Positions 9,572 to 19,426 of a stretch of 64,000 bases of DNA are shown here, piece by piece. Position 1 is the stretch's first letter; each line of letters starts with the position of its first letter. Both the position numbers and the translations under genes were made by a program. Under the pieces are notes generated by a model that had not been told where the DNA came from, searched no databases, and was given only the letters and a program-made list of their open reading frames with translations. The stretch covers positions 64,710 through 128,709 of the forward strand of contig JAZPXN010000027.1 in the NCBI GenBank assembly GCA_045543655.1. The letters run 5' to 3'. Origin of the DNA: Eubacteriales bacterium (GTDB lineage Bacteria > Bacillota > Clostridia > Oscillospirales > UBA644).

Positions 9572-11746
9572 ATGCCTATACTTTATTCGGACGAATTCCA
9601 ATCCTTTTATCTTGCCACCCCCAAAACCGCCTACGTGTTTCACGTCGGTGAGGGCGGATTTCTGATTCACGATTACTACGGAGGAAGAATCCCCGCGGAA
9701 GACATGAAGGATTATTCCCTGCGGACGGGGAATTCCGGTTTCTCCCCCAAGAGCGGAGGCCTTTCCCTCTCCCCCGACATCACTCCCATGGAATATTCCT
9801 GCAACGGCACCGGAGATTACCGTATCTCCGCCCTGCAGATCCGGGAGGTGCGGGGCAACGCTTCCACCGACGTACGGTACGTATCCCATAAAATCTACGC
9901 CGGAAAGCCCATGCCGGAGGGACAGCCCGCAACCTACGGAACCGACGAAGAAGTCACCACCCTGGAGATTCTGACCCGGGACGCCGTGACGGGCGCGGAA
10001 GTCATCCTTTATTATTCCGTATTCGAGACCATGGACGCCATCGCCCGCCGGGTAAAGGTGACCAACGCTTCCTCCCAGAGCATGGATCTGGAGCGGGTCT
10101 ATTCCTCCTGTACCGAGATCCCCTTTGGCCAATGGGACGCCTGCAACCTGTACGGTGCCTGGGCAAAGGAACGGTTCTTTGACCGTCAGCCCCTCGCCCA
10201 CGGGATTTATTCCGTAGAGAGCAAGCGTGGTGCCTCCGGCCATCATAACAATCCCTTCCTGGCCATTGCCGACCGGCATACCACGGAAGATACGGGAGAA
10301 ATTTACGGATTCAGCTTCATTTACTGCGGCAACTTCTCCATCCAGACCGAAATGAACGTAGACGGAGACCTGCGGGTATTGCAGGGCATCAACCCCACCG
10401 ATTTCGGCTGGCGGCTGGAGCCGGGAGAATCCTTCGAAACGCCCGAAGCGATTACCGTATATTCCGCAGAGGGTCTGGGAGGCATGAGCCGGACCTTCCA
10501 CAAGCTTTACCGGAACAATCTCTGCCGCGGCCCCTGGAAGACGGCGAAACGCCCCCTTCTCATCAATAACTGGGAGGGTACGTATTTCAATTTCGACGAG
10601 GAAAAGATCTATAATATCGCCAAGCAGGCCGGAGAGCTGGGCGTGGAAATGCTGGTTCTCGACGACGGCTGGTTCGGCGCCCGGGAGCACGACCGCGCCG
10701 GATTGGGCGACTGGTTCGTCAACGAAAAGAAGCTGAAGGGCGGCCTCAGCCTTCTCTCCGACCGGATCCACGCCCTTGGCATGAAGTTCGGACTTTGGTT
10801 CGAGCCGGAAATGATCAATCCGGACAGCGACCTTTACCGGGCCCATCCCGACTGGTGTCTGAAGGTGGAGGGACGTCCCATGGGCATCGGACGGAATCAG
10901 TACGTTCTGGATATGTCCCGCAAAGACGTGCAGGACTATCTCTTCGACTGCATGGACAAGATCCTGAAGGATGCGAAGATCGAATATATCAAGTGGGACT
11001 TCAACAGAAACCTGACCGAAGCGGCAAGCGCTCTTCTGCCCGCACACCGGCAGAAGGAAATCTTCCATCGGTACGTTCTGGGACTGTACGCTCTGCTGGA
11101 GCGTCTGCTGCAGGCTCACCCCGACCTTCTTCTGGAGGGTTGCTCCGGTGGCGGCGGGCGGTTTGACCCGGCCATGCTCTACTATTCGCCCCAGATCTGG
11201 ACCAGCGACGACACCGACGCCATCGAGCGACTGGAAATTCAGTACGGCACGTCCATCTGCTATCCCACGACCTCTATTTCTTCTCACGTTTCCGCCTGTC
11301 CCAACCACCAGACCCGCCGCAACGTCTCCATGCAGACCCGTGCCGACGTGGCGCTGGCCGGCTCCTTCGGCTACGAATTGGACGTGACCAAAATGTCCGA
11401 CGAAGACAAGGAAGCGGTGAAGAGCGAGGTTCTGGAATATCATAAATATTACGATCTGATCCACTTCGGCGATCTCTACCGCCTCATTCCGCCCACCGGC
11501 GAAGCGTGCGCCTGGTGCTACGTCTCGGAGGACAAGAGCGAAGCCCTGCTGACCTACGTCTGCGTCCGCACCCATCCCAAGACCCGCCGCACCGTGAAAT
11601 TCCGGGGGCTGGATCCCGAAAAACGGTATGCCGATGAAAACGGAACCGTCCGTTCCGGCGCAACCTGGATGCAGGCCGGAATCAACTGTACGGCGAATAT
11701 GCAGGACTACACCACGTTCAAGGTTTATCTGACCGAAGTAAAATAA
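9572..11746 (+). CDS. Alpha-galactosidase, GH36 (paralog 1)
   Basis: GH36 hallmarks YIKWDFNR, GCSGGGGRFD and WTSDDTDA. Length 724 aa. SD AAAGGAG is upstream. Confidence 0.9.
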   Translation: MPILYSDEFQSFYLATPKTAYVFHVGEGGFLIHDYYGGRIPAEDMKDYSLRTGNSGFSPKSGGLSLSPDITPMEYSCNGTGDYRISALQIREVRGNASTDVRYVSHKIYAGKPMPEGQPATYGTDEEVTTLEILTRDAVTGAEVILYYSVFETMDAIARRVKVTNASSQSMDLERVYSSCTEIPFGQWDACNLYGAWAKERFFDRQPLAHGIYSVESKRGASGHHNNPFLAIADRHTTEDTGEIYGFSFIYCGNFSIQTEMNVDGDLRVLQGINPTDFGWRLEPGESFETPEAITVYSAEGLGGMSRTFHKLYRNNLCRGPWKTAKRPLLINNWEGTYFNFDEEKIYNIAKQAGELGVEMLVLDDGWFGAREHDRAGLGDWFVNEKKLKGGLSLLSDRIHALGMKFGLWFEPEMINPDSDLYRAHPDWCLKVEGRPMGIGRNQYVLDMSRKDVQDYLFDCMDKILKDAKIEYIKWDFNRNLTEAASALLPAHRQKEIFHRYVLGLYALLERLLQAHPDLLLEGCSGGGGRFDPAMLYYSPQIWTSDDTDAIERLEIQYGTSICYPTTSISSHVSACPNHQTRRNVSMQTRADVALAGSFGYELDVTKMSDEDKEAVKSEVLEYHKYYDLIHFGDLYRLIPPTGEACAWCYVSEDKSEALLTYVCVRTHPKTRRTVKFRGLDPEKRYADENGTVRSGATWMQAGINCTANMQDYTTFKVYLTEVK

Positions 11747-11759
11747 AGGAGATCCCCAT

Positions 11760-13928
11760 ATGGCTGTCATTTATTCGGAGGAATTCAGATCCTTCCACCT
11801 CAATACCCCAAACACCTCTTACGTATTTCACGTTAACGAGGGTGGTTTTTTGATCCACGATTATTACGGAAAGAAATTGCCGGTCTGCGATCTACGGGAA
11901 TATTCCGCCCGTCTGGTAAGAGGTCCCAAGAGCGCCGACGGCACCACCTCCCCTACGGCGGCACCCTTTGAATACGCCTGCAACGGCACCGGGGATTTCC
12001 GGGTATCCGCTCTGCAGATCCGCAACGCCGCCGGAAACGCCTCTACCGATATCCGGTACGTTTCCCACAAGATCTACGCCGGCAAGCCCCCCATTCCCGC
12101 GCAGCCCGCGACCTACGGCTCCGACGAAGAAGTGACCACCCTGGAAATTTTGACCGAAGACGCGACGACGGGTGCAAGGGTAACGCTCTTCTATTCCGTT
12201 TTTGAGATCTACGACGCCATTGCCCGCCGGGCGGTGGTGGAGAATGCGTCGGATTACGAAATGGATCTGGAACGAGTCTACTCCCTTTGCTGCGAAATTC
12301 CCTTCGGCAATTGGCAGATCTGCCATCTTTACGGCGAATGGGGCCGGGAGCGCACCTTTGAGCGTTCCGATCTGATCCACGCCACTACCACCGTGGAAAG
12401 CTCCCGGGGGTGCTCCAGCCATCAGCACAATCCCTTCGTGGCACTGGTAGACAAATACACCACCGAAGATACCGGGGCCGCTTACGGCTTCAACCTGGTC
12501 TACAGCGGCAATTTCTCCGCCCAGACCGAGTTGAGCGTAGACGGCGATCTGCGGCTGATCATGGGCATCAACCCCAACGATTTCGGCTGGAAGCTGGAGC
12601 CGGGCGATAAATTCGAGACCCCCGAAGCCATCTCGGTCTTCTCCGCAGAAGGGCTGGGCGGGATGAGCCGCACCTTCCATAAGCTTTACCGGAACAATCT
12701 GTGCCGCGGCCCCTGGAAGCTGAAAAAGCGCCCCCTTCTCATCAACAACTGGGAAGGTACCTATTTTGATTTTGATGAAGAAAAGATCTATAACATCGCA
12801 AAACAGGCCGGAGAGCTTGGCGTGGAAATGCTGGTTCTGGACGACGGTTGGTTCGGAGCCCGGAACAGCGACAAGGCGGGACTGGGAGACTGGTTCGTCA
12901 ACGAAGAAAAGCTGAAGGGCGGCCTGGGGCTCCTTTCCGACCGCATTCACGCGCTGGGAATGAAGTTCGGTCTTTGGTTCGAGCCGGAAATGGTCAACCC
13001 CGATAGCAATCTTTATCGCGCCCATCCCGATTGGTGTCTGCAGGTGGACGGCCGCGCTCTTTGCACCAGCCGCAATCAGTACGTGCTGGATATGTCCCGT
13101 AAAGACGTGCGGGAGTATCTCTTCGATTGCATGGACAAAATTCTGAAAAGCGCGAAGATCGAATACGTCAAATGGGACTTCAACCGTTATCTGACCGAAG
13201 CGGGCAGCTGTCTTCTTACTCCCGAACGGCAGAAGGAGATTTTCCATCGGTACGTGCTGGGTCTTTATGCCCTTCTGGACCGGCTGGTCACCGCATATCC
13301 CGATATTTTGCTGGAGGGATGTGCTTCCGGCGGCGGACGGTTTGACCCCGCGATGCTTTATTATTCCCCTCAGTACTGGACCAGCGATAACACCGACGCC
13401 ATGGATCGGTTGGACATCCAATACGGAACCTCCATGTGCTATCCCACCTCTGCCGTTTCCTCCCACGTTTCCGCCGTCCCCAACCATCAGACGAAAAGAA
13501 CCACGCCCCTGCAGACCCGCTGTGACGTGGCGCTGGCCGGCTCCTTCGGCTACGAGCTTGACGTGACGAAGATGTCCGACGAGGACAAGGAAGAGGTGAA
13601 GGAACAGATTGCGGAATATCATAAATATTACGACTTGATCCACTTCGGAGAGCTGTTCCGTCTCCTGCCGCCGAACCGGGAGGAATGTGCGTGGTGCTAC
13701 GTTGCCGAGGACAAGAGTGAAGCGCTTCTGACCTTCGTCTGTATCCACAACCGTCCCCGGGTACGCCGCCGCACGGTCTGCTTCCGAGGACTGGACGAAA
13801 ATCGACTCTACGCAGATCAGGACGGAAAGGTTCTGCCCGGAAGCGTCTGGATGAACGCAGGTGTCAACCGATCTTCCGTCATGAAGGATTTCGAAACCTT
13901 CAAAATACATCTCACCGAAGTAAAATAA
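11760..13928 (+). CDS. Alpha-galactosidase, GH36 (paralog 2)
   Basis: Same GH36 motifs (YVKWDFNR, CASGGGRFD, WTSDNTDA). Shares long identical peptide runs with paralog 1. Lies 13 nt downstream of it. Confidence 0.9.
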   Translation: MAVIYSEEFRSFHLNTPNTSYVFHVNEGGFLIHDYYGKKLPVCDLREYSARLVRGPKSADGTTSPTAAPFEYACNGTGDFRVSALQIRNAAGNASTDIRYVSHKIYAGKPPIPAQPATYGSDEEVTTLEILTEDATTGARVTLFYSVFEIYDAIARRAVVENASDYEMDLERVYSLCCEIPFGNWQICHLYGEWGRERTFERSDLIHATTTVESSRGCSSHQHNPFVALVDKYTTEDTGAAYGFNLVYSGNFSAQTELSVDGDLRLIMGINPNDFGWKLEPGDKFETPEAISVFSAEGLGGMSRTFHKLYRNNLCRGPWKLKKRPLLINNWEGTYFDFDEEKIYNIAKQAGELGVEMLVLDDGWFGARNSDKAGLGDWFVNEEKLKGGLGLLSDRIHALGMKFGLWFEPEMVNPDSNLYRAHPDWCLQVDGRALCTSRNQYVLDMSRKDVREYLFDCMDKILKSAKIEYVKWDFNRYLTEAGSCLLTPERQKEIFHRYVLGLYALLDRLVTAYPDILLEGCASGGGRFDPAMLYYSPQYWTSDNTDAMDRLDIQYGTSMCYPTSAVSSHVSAVPNHQTKRTTPLQTRCDVALAGSFGYELDVTKMSDEDKEEVKEQIAEYHKYYDLIHFGELFRLLPPNREECAWCYVAEDKSEALLTFVCIHNRPRVRRRTVCFRGLDENRLYADQDGKVLPGSVWMNAGVNRSSVMKDFETFKIHLTEVK

Positions 13929-13949
13929 ACCACTGAACAGGAGAGCTCC

Positions 13950-16130
13950 ATGATCCGATTTGACCAAAGTACACGATCCTTCCGCCTCGACACGCCGAGT
14001 TCCACCTACGCTTTTCACGTCCGGGAATCGGGATATCTCGTTCACGATCACTACGGAGCCTCCGTAGGCGACGACGACCTGCGGGGGCTGACGAAAATCG
14101 GAACCCGCAACGGAACTTATCCCAAATGCCCCGAAGATATGGACTTCTCCCCCGCGCTGTGGCCCACGGAATACGCCGGCAACGGGACGGGTGATTTTCG
14201 GATCAGCGCCCTGCAGATCCGGGATGCGGCAGGGCATAATTCCACCGACGTACGCTATAAATCCCACAAAATCTACGGGGGAAAGCCCGGAATTCCCGGT
14301 CAGCCCGCCGTCTACGCGACGGAGGACGAGGCCGACACCCTGGAGATTTCGTGCGTCGATCCGGCCACGGGCATGGAGATTACGCTGTATTATACCGTAT
14401 TCCGCAATGCAGACGTGATCATCCGCAGAACGGCGCTGAAGAATCCGACGGAAAAGGCCGTAGAGATCGAAAAGATCGCCTCGGTCTGTCTGGAATTCAA
14501 AGACAACGATAAAGAGCTCCTTCATCTGGACGGCTCCTGGTCGAGAGAGCGGTATATTACCCGGGAAAAGCTGACCCGGGGCATTAAGAATATCGCCGTC
14601 AAGCGGGGATGCTCCAGTCATCAGCACAATCCCTTCTTAGCCTTCGTATCTCCGGAAGCAACGGAGGACGTGGGAGAGGCCTACGGCATCAACCTGGTCT
14701 ACAGCGGCAATTTTGCGGCGGAGACTCAGGTGGACGCCTTCTACACCGTCCGCACCGTCATGGGAATCAATCCCGACGGCTTCGGCTGGCATCTGGCACC
14801 GGGAGAGGAATTCCACACTCCGGAAGCGGTGATGGTCTATTCCGACAAGGGCATCGGCGAAATGAGCCGCACCTATCATAAGCTGTACCGTCACAACCTC
14901 TGCAGAGGGGAATGGAAGACCAAAAAGCGCCCCATTCTCATCAATAACTGGGAAGCAACCCGGTTCACCTTCGACGGGAATAAGATCTATTCCATTGCGG
15001 AGGAAGCGTCGAAGCTGGGCATCGAAATGATGGTCATGGACGACGGTTGGTTCGGGATCCGGGACGACGACAAGCACGGTCTGGGAGACTGGTTCGTCAA
15101 CGAAGAAAAGCTGAACGGGCCGCTGTCCGATCTGGTCAACCGCATTCACGGCCTTGGAATGAAATTCGGCATCTGGTTTGAGCCGGAAATGGTGAATCCC
15201 CTAAGTGAATTATACGAAGCCCATCCCGACTGGTGCCTGAAAATCGACGGAAGAACGATGTCTCTTTCCCGGAATCAGTACGTATTGGACATGTCCCGTA
15301 ACGACGTACGGGATTATCTGATGGACTGCATGGCAACGATCATGGACTCCTGCAAGATCGATTATATCAAATGGGATTTCAACCGTCCCCTGACCGAAGT
15401 GGGATCCGCACTTCTTCCTCCGGAACGGCAAAAGGAAGTATTCCACCGATACGTATTGGGGTTATACGACCTCCTCGATCGGCTGACGAGCCGCTATCCG
15501 GATCTGTTGCTGGAAGGCTGTGCCTCCGGCGGCGGACGCTTCGACCCGGCCATGCTCTACTATTCCCCCCAATATTGGGCAAGCGACGAAACCGACGCCA
15601 TGGAACGGCTTCCCATTCAATTCGGAACCTCGATCTGCTATCCCGCCTCGGCTATGGGCGCCCACGTATCCCGCTGCCCGAGCCACCACATGAAGCGCAC
15701 CACCCCCTTCGAGACCCGGGGCAACGTGGCGCTGTGGGGCACCTTCGGATACGAGCTGGATATTACGAAGCTGACCGACGAAGAAAAGGATCTGGTCAAG
15801 GTTCAATGCGCGGAATATCATAAATATTTCGACGTGATCCACAACGGGGATCTTTACCGCCTCATCGCCCCCGACAGCCGGGAGGAGGCGGCCTGGGTCT
15901 TCGTCTCCCCCGATAAGAGCGAAGCCCTTTTGACGGTGGTGGTCATGATGACCTGGCTCCACCGGAACCGCTACGTGAAGCTGAAGGGGCTGGATCCGGA
16001 TAAAAAATACAAAAACGATCTGACGGGAGAGATCTACACCGGCCGCACCCTGATGAACGTGGGGCTGTCTTATCCGGAATACCGGGAGGATTTCACCTCC
16101 TTCAAGATCCACTTTACCGAAGTGAAATGA
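13950..16130 (+). CDS. Alpha-galactosidase, GH36 (paralog 3, more diverged)
   Basis: GH36 motifs YIKWDFNR, CASGGGRFD and WASDETDA. 21-nt gap from paralog 2. Confidence 0.9.
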   Translation: MIRFDQSTRSFRLDTPSSTYAFHVRESGYLVHDHYGASVGDDDLRGLTKIGTRNGTYPKCPEDMDFSPALWPTEYAGNGTGDFRISALQIRDAAGHNSTDVRYKSHKIYGGKPGIPGQPAVYATEDEADTLEISCVDPATGMEITLYYTVFRNADVIIRRTALKNPTEKAVEIEKIASVCLEFKDNDKELLHLDGSWSRERYITREKLTRGIKNIAVKRGCSSHQHNPFLAFVSPEATEDVGEAYGINLVYSGNFAAETQVDAFYTVRTVMGINPDGFGWHLAPGEEFHTPEAVMVYSDKGIGEMSRTYHKLYRHNLCRGEWKTKKRPILINNWEATRFTFDGNKIYSIAEEASKLGIEMMVMDDGWFGIRDDDKHGLGDWFVNEEKLNGPLSDLVNRIHGLGMKFGIWFEPEMVNPLSELYEAHPDWCLKIDGRTMSLSRNQYVLDMSRNDVRDYLMDCMATIMDSCKIDYIKWDFNRPLTEVGSALLPPERQKEVFHRYVLGLYDLLDRLTSRYPDLLLEGCASGGGRFDPAMLYYSPQYWASDETDAMERLPIQFGTSICYPASAMGAHVSRCPSHHMKRTTPFETRGNVALWGTFGYELDITKLTDEEKDLVKVQCAEYHKYFDVIHNGDLYRLIAPDSREEAAWVFVSPDKSEALLTVVVMMTWLHRNRYVKLKGLDPDKKYKNDLTGEIYTGRTLMNVGLSYPEYREDFTSFKIHFTEVK

Positions 16131-16163
16131 TCTTATTAAAAAAAGAGAGAGAAGGATAAAACA

Positions 16164-17312
16164 ATGAACGTAAAAAAACCGCCCATGGGCTGGAACACCT
16201 GGAACACCTTCGGGCTGGACTGCAACGAAGAACTGATCAAGGAATCTGCCGACGCCATGGTAGATCTGGGCTTTAAAGACGCCGGATACGAATATATCGT
16301 TATCGACGACGGCTGGTCGATGAAGACCCGGGATCCCAAGACCGACGAGCTGCGCCCCGATCCCGTCAAATTCCCCAACGGCATGAAGCCCGTAGGGGAT
16401 TATATCCACGAAAAGGGGCTGAAATTCGGGATGTATTCCTGCTGCGGCATCCGTACCTGCGGGAACTATCCCGGCTCCTTTGACCACGAATTTCAGGATG
16501 CAAGAACCTTTGCGGAATACGGCGTCGATCTGCTGAAATACGACAACTGCTTCCATCCCTCCAACGCAAACGGACCTCAGCTTTATCACCGCATGGGGAC
16601 GGCGCTGGCCCTTTCGGGGAGAGACATCCTCTTCTCCGCCTGCAACTGGGGCAAGGACGACGTGTGGTCCTGGATCCGCTCCGCCGGCGCTCATATGTAT
16701 CGCTCCACCTACGATCTGAAGGATAATTTCAAGAACTTCACCACCTTCGGGATGAGTCAGTACGACGGAAAGCTCCAGTATTCCGCTCCGAACTGCTTTA
16801 ACGACCTGGACATGATGACCATCGGAATGTACGGGGAAGGGTTCGTAGGAACGGAAGGGTGCAACGACGCCAATTACGAGCTGCAGTTTGCCATGTGGTG
16901 CATGGCCTCCTCTCCCCTGTTTATCGGCTGTGATATCCGCAAGCTGAGCGAGAAATCCAAGAGCATTCTGACCAACAAAGAGCTGATCGCCATCGATCAG
17001 GACGAGGACGCCAGACCGCCCTTCCTGATTTCCGCTACCGGGGATTCCACCTACGTGACCCAATGCCCCACCTACGCAAAGCGCCTTTCCAACGGCGATT
17101 TTGCCATTGCCTGCTTCAATTTCGGAACCCGGGACACCAGCGCGTTTTTCCTCTTTGACGACCTTGGGCTTTCCGCCTCCAGCGGCTACGGCCTGCAGCT
17201 GACCGATCTTTACAGCGGAGAAGAAATGGATCCCGTCCGGGAATTCGGCTACGTGAAGGTCCCCGTGGGCGGATGCAGCATCTTCCGTGCAAAGCCGGTG
17301 AAGATGCTGTGA
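16164..17312 (+). CDS. Alpha-galactosidase / alpha-N-acetylgalactosaminidase-type enzyme, GH27
   Basis: PPMGWNTWNTF, YEYIVIDDGW and LLKYDNC are classic GH27 motifs. No signal peptide. Confidence 0.9.
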   Translation: MNVKKPPMGWNTWNTFGLDCNEELIKESADAMVDLGFKDAGYEYIVIDDGWSMKTRDPKTDELRPDPVKFPNGMKPVGDYIHEKGLKFGMYSCCGIRTCGNYPGSFDHEFQDARTFAEYGVDLLKYDNCFHPSNANGPQLYHRMGTALALSGRDILFSACNWGKDDVWSWIRSAGAHMYRSTYDLKDNFKNFTTFGMSQYDGKLQYSAPNCFNDLDMMTIGMYGEGFVGTEGCNDANYELQFAMWCMASSPLFIGCDIRKLSEKSKSILTNKELIAIDQDEDARPPFLISATGDSTYVTQCPTYAKRLSNGDFAIACFNFGTRDTSAFFLFDDLGLSASSGYGLQLTDLYSGEEMDPVREFGYVKVPVGGCSIFRAKPVKML

Positions 17313-17506
17313 CCTTCGTTTTTCATTGCGTAAATTGCGGAAAAGAGTTGACCACCGACGAATTCGGCCTTTACCGCAAAATCGTCCGCAGAGACGGAGA
17401 AAACTGCCTGTGCTATCATTGCCTTGCGAAGAAATTCGATCTGGACGAAGCAAAACTTCCCGCGATGGTGGAAGAATTCAAAAAACAGGGCTGTATGCTC
17501 TTTTAA
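17309..17506 (+). CDS. Small Cys-rich (CxxC...CxxC zinc-ribbon-like) protein of unknown function
   Basis: GTG at 17309 overlaps the GH27 stop codon (GTGA). Sequence includes HCVNCGKE...CLCYHCLAKKF...EEFKKQGCMLF. An alternative ATG at 17273 lies inside GH27. A strong terminator follows. Confidence 0.5.
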   Translation: MTFVFHCVNCGKELTTDEFGLYRKIVRRDGENCLCYHCLAKKFDLDEAKLPAMVEEFKKQGCMLF

Positions 17507-17510
17507 AGAC

Positions 17511-17546
17511 AAAAAGATCCCCGATACGGTTCGGGGATCTTTTTTC
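17511..17546. terminator. Bidirectional terminator
   Basis: GATCCCCGA (17516-17524) / TCGGGGATC (17531-17539), flanked by an A-run and a T-run. Confidence 0.85.
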
Positions 17547-17563
17547 TATTTACGGTTCGAGGC

Positions 17564-18370
17564 TTATTTTACGTCGGTAAGAGAGAGCAAATATTCGAAG
17601 TTGGGACGGACTTCCTCCCAGGTGCGGCCCAGATTGAAGGCCCGGCCGGTCTCGTAAAGAAAGGGACCGTCGTAGTCGATCTCCTCGTAGACCTTCATCA
17701 GATTCCGCCAGTTGATCTGCCCCTGCATGGGAAGCCAATGCTGTTCGGTCTTCAGATCGTAATCGGAAATATGGGTGGTGATCAGCCGGTCGGCCACGGC
17801 ACGCAGGAAGGATTCGTGATCCTGCAAATAAAGATGATTGGTATCGAAGCAGAATTTCAGATCGGGCACGGCGTCCAGCATCCTTCGGGCCTCGTCGGAG
17901 GTACGGCACAGGGTGCGGGGCATATTCTCCACCGCGAGAATGAGGCCGAAGGATTTGGCAAGGTCGGTCATATAGCCGATTTTTTCGATGCCGAGCTCCA
18001 GCACGGAGGGGCGCTCTTCCTCGGAGAACAAAGAACAGGAGGGGTGGGTGACCAGAATCGGAACCTCGCCGTCGGCGGCACCCTCCATATAGCGCTTATA
18101 GGTCTCCACCGTGGATTGCCAATGGGCGGGATCGGGGTCAATCAGATTGGCTACGGGATCCTTCGCCCGGAAGGGCAGGTGCAGAGAGCGGACGACGACG
18201 CCGGAATCGGACGACCACTTTGGAATTTTTTTCCAGTTTTCAAAGAATTCCTCTCCCCCAACGCCGCCGATCTCTACCACGTCGATGCCGCAGGCGGCGG
18301 CACGGTTCAGAGATTCTTCCGTACATCGGCCGATGGAAAGCCCCAGTTGCCAATTCTTTCGATTCGTCAT
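17564..18370 (-). CDS. Sugar phosphate isomerase/epimerase (xylose-isomerase-like TIM barrel), paralog 1
   Basis: Family-typical segments (VEIGG, LHLPF, THPS, AVENMP, FCFDTNH, THISDY). ATG at 18370 follows GGAGGAGG. Confidence 0.85.
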   Translation of the reverse strand: MTNRKNWQLGLSIGRCTEESLNRAAACGIDVVEIGGVGGEEFFENWKKIPKWSSDSGVVVRSLHLPFRAKDPVANLIDPDPAHWQSTVETYKRYMEGAADGEVPILVTHPSCSLFSEEERPSVLELGIEKIGYMTDLAKSFGLILAVENMPRTLCRTSDEARRMLDAVPDLKFCFDTNHLYLQDHESFLRAVADRLITTHISDYDLKTEQHWLPMQGQINWRNLMKVYEEIDYDGPFLYETGRAFNLGRTWEEVRPNFEYLLSLTDVK

Positions 18371-18411
18371 AACGCCACGTCTCCTCCTCCGCAAAAGCGG
18401 AGTTTTTTTTC

Positions 18412-18440
18412 ATTATACCCTATTACCGGGAAAAAGTCAA
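18412..18440 (-). promoter_or_regulatory. Sigma-A promoter of TIM-barrel paralog 1
   Basis: Read on the - strand: TTGACT (18440-18435), 17 nt, TATAAT (18417-18412). A conserved box ATGACTTTTGCCCCGG lies 5 nt upstream of the -35 (18461-18446). Confidence 0.6.
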
Positions 18441-18460
18441 TTCCTCCGGGGCAAAAGTCA

Positions 18461-18501
18461 TAAAAAAGAAAAGATCGCCGGCAAGGACCCTTACCGGCGA
18501 T
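18461..18501 (-). terminator. Terminator after TIM-barrel paralog 2
   Basis: ATCGCCGG / CCGGCGAT stem, followed on the - strand by CTTTTCTTTTTT. Confidence 0.7.
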
Positions 18502-18517
18502 GAGAAAAGAGATAAAA

Positions 18518-19300
18518 TTACAGATTCTTCAGATATTCGTGGTTCTTGCGGACGTCGGCCCAGGTGTGACCCATAGGCATAGTCTCGTAGAGGAAGGGGC
18601 CGGCATAATCGGCCTGCTCCAGAGCGGCCTGCAGCTCTCTCCAGTTGATCTGACCTTCCATCGGGAACTGATGACGCTCGTTGATGAAATCGTAGTCGGA
18701 GATGTGGGTGGTAACGGCGTATTTGCCAACCTTTTTGATGAAATCCACGTGACTTTCCTTCAAGAGGTGGTTCACGTCAAAGCAAAGACGGATATCGGGG
18801 TTATAGCTGATGATACGCTCGATCTCTTCCGCGCAGTTTCCGATGCAGAAACGGGGCAGAACTTCAACGCAGAGGGTGCTTCCGTTGGCTTTACAGAAGT
18901 CGGAAAGAGCGCTCAGATGGCGAAGGACGCGCTGCATACGGGCTTCCCGGGTAGGAGCAAATTGCAGCTCCCGATCCTCACCGCTGGCATGGATGACCAT
19001 ATACTTAATGCCGGCCTTTCCGCCGCCCTCGATGAGAGCCTTATGAATCGGCAGATAAGATTCCCACATTCCGTCCGGATCGTCGGGACGAACGGCGCCG
19101 GTGCCGGAGAAGGGCAGGTGAATGGACCAGACCTTCACGTCGGAGGCCTTTTCCCATTCGGGGATCTTTTCCCAGTTTGCAGGATCGTCGATGCCGGAGA
19201 TCTCCACGAGATCCAGACCGTCGGCGGCCGCTTTCATCAGTTTCGCTTCGGTGACCATGCCGAAAGAAAGGCCGGTCTTCCACATTTTGCGATCAGTCAT
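18518..19300 (-). CDS. Sugar phosphate isomerase/epimerase (xylose-isomerase-like TIM barrel), paralog 2
   Basis: Same family (IHLPF, VIHAS, CVEVLP, CFDVNH, THISDY). ATG at 19300 follows GGAGGT. Confidence 0.85.
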   Translation of the reverse strand: MTDRKMWKTGLSFGMVTEAKLMKAAADGLDLVEISGIDDPANWEKIPEWEKASDVKVWSIHLPFSGTGAVRPDDPDGMWESYLPIHKALIEGGGKAGIKYMVIHASGEDRELQFAPTREARMQRVLRHLSALSDFCKANGSTLCVEVLPRFCIGNCAEEIERIISYNPDIRLCFDVNHLLKESHVDFIKKVGKYAVTTHISDYDFINERHQFPMEGQINWRELQAALEQADYAGPFLYETMPMGHTWADVRKNHEYLKNL

Positions 19301-19344
19301 AACGTATACCTCCAATACCGATTTTAATCGGATGATTTGCCTTC

Positions 19345-19373
19345 ATTATAGATAAAAAATCAGCATTTGTCAA
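19345..19373 (-). promoter_or_regulatory. Sigma-A promoter of TIM-barrel paralog 2
   Basis: Read on the - strand: TTGACA (19373-19368), 17 nt, TATAAT (19350-19345). The upstream box ATGACTTTTCCCCGG is at 19394-19380. Confidence 0.65.
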
Positions 19374-19426
19374 TGCTTTCCGGGGAAAAGTCATAAAAAA
19401 GACAAAGCCGCCGGAAGATTCCATTT

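Noticed and set aside
18371-18411. 5'-UTR hairpin CUCCGC-UUUU-GCGGAG partly overlapping the SD of TIM-barrel paralog 1, a possible translational control element.
   Set aside because: The SD is an extended GGAGGAGGAG, and only its first bases are sequestered. The stem is only 6 bp, and the other two paralogs have nothing comparable.
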